The position numbers and the translations under genes were made by a program. Shown here one piece after another: positions 62,227-64,000 of a stretch of 64,000 nucleotides of DNA. Below the pieces are notes generated by a model that saw only the letters and a list, made by a program, of their open reading frames with translations, had not been told where the DNA came from and made no database searches. Each line of letters opens with the position of its first letter. Position 1 is the first letter of the stretch. This stretch comes from a virus. Taxonomy: Duplodnaviria; Heunggongvirae; Uroviricota; Caudoviricetes. The DNA is taken from IMG/VR virus record IMGVR_UViG_3300032046_000003, positions 64,001 to 128,000 of that record; one strand, written 5' to 3'.

Positions 62227-63201
62227 ATGATAATTATAAAGTATTTTCATCGTTATTTAAGGATAAATGTGCTAGCTAGGAATAAAAATTTTATAATAGA
62301 TTTTCTTCATTCTAGAAATATAAGAAGAATTAGAATTAGCGGAGATGAGGCAATTTTTTGTTGTCCTTTTCATGGAGATTCTAATCCTTCTATGAGTATG
62401 AATATTAAAAGTGGCTTATATAATTGTTTTTCATGTGGAGAAAAAGGATCAATAATAAGTTTTATTTCTAAAATAGATAGTATTAGCAAAGAAGATGCAA
62501 TAAAATCTTTAGGAGATTTAACTAGTAAGGATATAGCTTTGCTTAATTTAAAAAATGAGCTTGATGAATTATTAACAAGAGAAGAAGTAATCAAAGGTGC
62601 GAAACCATTGTGTTTTGAGAATGAAATTCTTAATAGTTATAAATATGACAATTATGATTATATGCTGAAGCGCAGATTTAATCTTCAGACTCTAAAGGAA
62701 TTTGAGATAGGCTTTGTTGATGATAAGGTAACGATTCCTGTTCGCGATGAAGGTAATAATTTGATCGCTGTATTGGGTAGAAGCGTAGATCCAAATTGTA
62801 GAGCCAAATATATGCCAATAGTTCCCGAGAAAGGTTATGAAAAGTCAAAAATATTGTTCGGCCTCAACAAAGTGAGCAGAGATGAGAAAACAGTTATATT
62901 AGTAGAGGGCCCTCTAGACGCTATGATGTGTTTTCAACTTGGTCATCCCGCAGTTGCAATTCAAGGAAGTAGTTTGTCTTCATATCAAGCTAAAATTCTT
63001 GTAAGACGTTTTGATAAAATTATAATATGTACTGATAACGATAAAACAGGGCATATAGCCGCTAAAAAAATAGTAGATGTTTTAAAATATCAAGTAAAGT
63101 GTTATTATTTTAAATATACGTCAGATGATATTAAGGATCCTGGCGGAATGACTAAAGAACAGATAGAGTGGGGAATAAAGCATATGGGCATAATTGTATG
63201 A
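62227..63201 (+). CDS. dnaG: DNA primase (CHC2 Zn finger + TOPRIM)
   Basis: CPFHGD..PS...YNCFSC; LFGL; LVEGPLD; CTDND..G; KDPG. True start may be a slightly later GTG. Confidence 0.9.
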   Translation: MIIIKYFHRYLRINVLARNKNFIIDFLHSRNIRRIRISGDEAIFCCPFHGDSNPSMSMNIKSGLYNCFSCGEKGSIISFISKIDSISKEDAIKSLGDLTSKDIALLNLKNELDELLTREEVIKGAKPLCFENEILNSYKYDNYDYMLKRRFNLQTLKEFEIGFVDDKVTIPVRDEGNNLIAVLGRSVDPNCRAKYMPIVPEKGYEKSKILFGLNKVSRDEKTVILVEGPLDAMMCFQLGHPAVAIQGSSLSSYQAKILVRRFDKIIICTDNDKTGHIAAKKIVDVLKYQVKCYYFKYTSDDIKDPGGMTKEQIEWGIKHMGIIV

Positions 63202-63548
63202 GCAAATGTTTAAGATGTGGACAATGCTGCAAAGATGTGATGATTTCCACCAGTCCAAAAGGATTAAGAGAGGGATATAATAAGTGGAGAAAAGGCAAAA
63301 ATGATTATATTAAAGATGTTGATTTGATTTATCCAATGTTAATTTTTAAATTTTATTCTAGTAAAGATAAAAGATACCATTATGAATGTAAACATTTGAA
63401 ATTTAAAAACAAAAAAGCAATGTGTAGTATAGAGCAGTTTAAACCTGAAATGTGTAGTGGATTTCCATATTATATAAGAAAACTTAAAATGACTCTGGAC
63501 GTAGAAAAACCAAGTCAATATAAAAATTGTGGGTATAATCAATGCTAA
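63198..63548 (+). CDS. CxxCxxCC (YkgJ-like) metal/Fe-S-binding protein
   Basis: CLRCGQCC...C.HL......C.I...KP.MC..FP; ATGA overlap with the primase stop. Confidence 0.68.
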   Translation: MSKCLRCGQCCKDVMISTSPKGLREGYNKWRKGKNDYIKDVDLIYPMLIFKFYSSKDKRYHYECKHLKFKNKKAMCSIEQFKPEMCSGFPYYIRKLKMTLDVEKPSQYKNCGYNQC

Positions 63549-64000
63549 TGCTTATAGACGGACACAACATGATGCACCGGGCTCACTGGGCCTACAGGCA
63601 CCTGTCAATAGATGAGCACACTCCAACAGGTATGATTTATGGGTTCTTAGTAATGACATTAACACTAATAAAAAAATATAAGCCTAAAGATTTAATTATA
63701 TGTTTTGATGGAGGCAGTGGCAAGAGAAAACTAATAGACCCCAATTACAAATCAAACAGAATGCCTCTTAAAAATGGATTCTTTCAACAATATGTCGCCA
63801 TAGTTCAGTTATTGAAGGACTTAGGCATGAAACAATGTTTGGTAGAAGGCGAAGAGGCGGACGATGTTATAGCAACCCTAGCCCAAAAATTAAAATCAAA
63901 AGATAAAGTAATAATAGTTTCAGGCGATCACGATTTTTTACAGTTGATAGATGATAACATATTAGTTTTGAGAGCAGGAAGCGACGACAAAATATATGAC
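63542..64000 (+). CDS. 5'-3' exonuclease / flap endonuclease (PolI N-terminal-like), truncated by window end; absent from ORF track
   Basis: MLMLIDGHNMMHRA...TG.IYGF...CFDGG...R...P.YK.NR...EGEEADDVIA...SGD.D..QL read directly from the DNA. Confidence 0.9.
   Translation, partial: MLMLIDGHNMMHRAHWAYRHLSIDEHTPTGMIYGFLVMTLTLIKKYKPKDLIICFDGGSGKRKLIDPNYKSNRMPLKNGFFQQYVAIVQLLKDLGMKQCLVEGEEADDVIATLAQKLKSKDKVIIVSGDHDFLQLIDDNILVLRAGSDDKIYD

Larger units (their letters stand above)
1..64000 (+). mobile_element. Segment of a large contractile-tailed bacteriophage genome (Caudoviricetes, myovirus morphotype)
   Basis: Co-oriented head-neck-sheath-tube-tape measure-baseplate-fibre genes followed by phage-type replication genes; no host housekeeping operons, no integrase in window. 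Confidence 0.95.

Noticed and set aside
60892-63201. Inteins in helicase or primase
   Set aside because: Both proteins are normal length and show no C/S...HN-C/S/T splice motifs or LAGLIDADG blocks.
357-63542. All minus-strand ORFs in the track and short alternative-frame plus-strand ORFs nested in long genes
   Set aside because: They shadow long plus-strand genes with recognisable motifs, lack RBSs and motifs, and are enriched in Ser/Phe/Ile/Leu as expected for antisense frames of AT-rich DNA.
1-64000. CRISPR array, tRNA or rRNA genes
   Set aside because: No regularly spaced direct repeats with unique spacers; no cloverleaf with T-loop GTTCRA and acceptor stem noticed despite the CCA enzyme. 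A tRNAscan run would be needed to exclude atypical tRNAs.
1-64000. Stop-codon reassignment
   Set aside because: Conserved genes are full length in the standard code, and TAA, TAG and TGA all terminate genes; the only interruptions are explained by introns and one frameshift.

Overview
64 kb of a large, AT-rich, lytic-looking tailed dsDNA phage with a contractile tail (myovirus morphotype). All credible genes are on the + strand in standard genetic code. Order: prohead protease/scaffold; HK97-fold major capsid gene; neck; tail sheath; three tube-like paralogs; frameshifting tail chaperone; tape measure; baseplate; about 18 kb of tail fibre/receptor-binding genes with holin-like and peptidoglycan-related genes; an intrinsic terminator at about 50.7 kb; then an early/replication module. 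That module has nine sigma70/sigmaA-type promoters, a CCA-adding enzyme, a DUF932 protein, a DnaC-like loader, DnaB, primase and a 5'-3' exonuclease cut by the window end. The ORF track misses the main structure: the capsid gene is split by two group I introns, and splicing 2320-2387 + 3305-3562 + 4415-5036 gives a 315-aa protein, with P1/P10 and core pairings visible. The structural module carries eight homing-endonuclease-like ORFs plus one stump. A 53-nt covarying three-way-junction element occurs three times, each just upstream of an endonuclease ribosome-binding site: twice inside the introns and once free-standing. I could not assign it to a known RNA family, and it is the best candidate for an undescribed system. 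No tRNA, rRNA, CRISPR array, integrase or reverse transcriptase was seen. All family assignments come from motif recognition by eye, not database searches.
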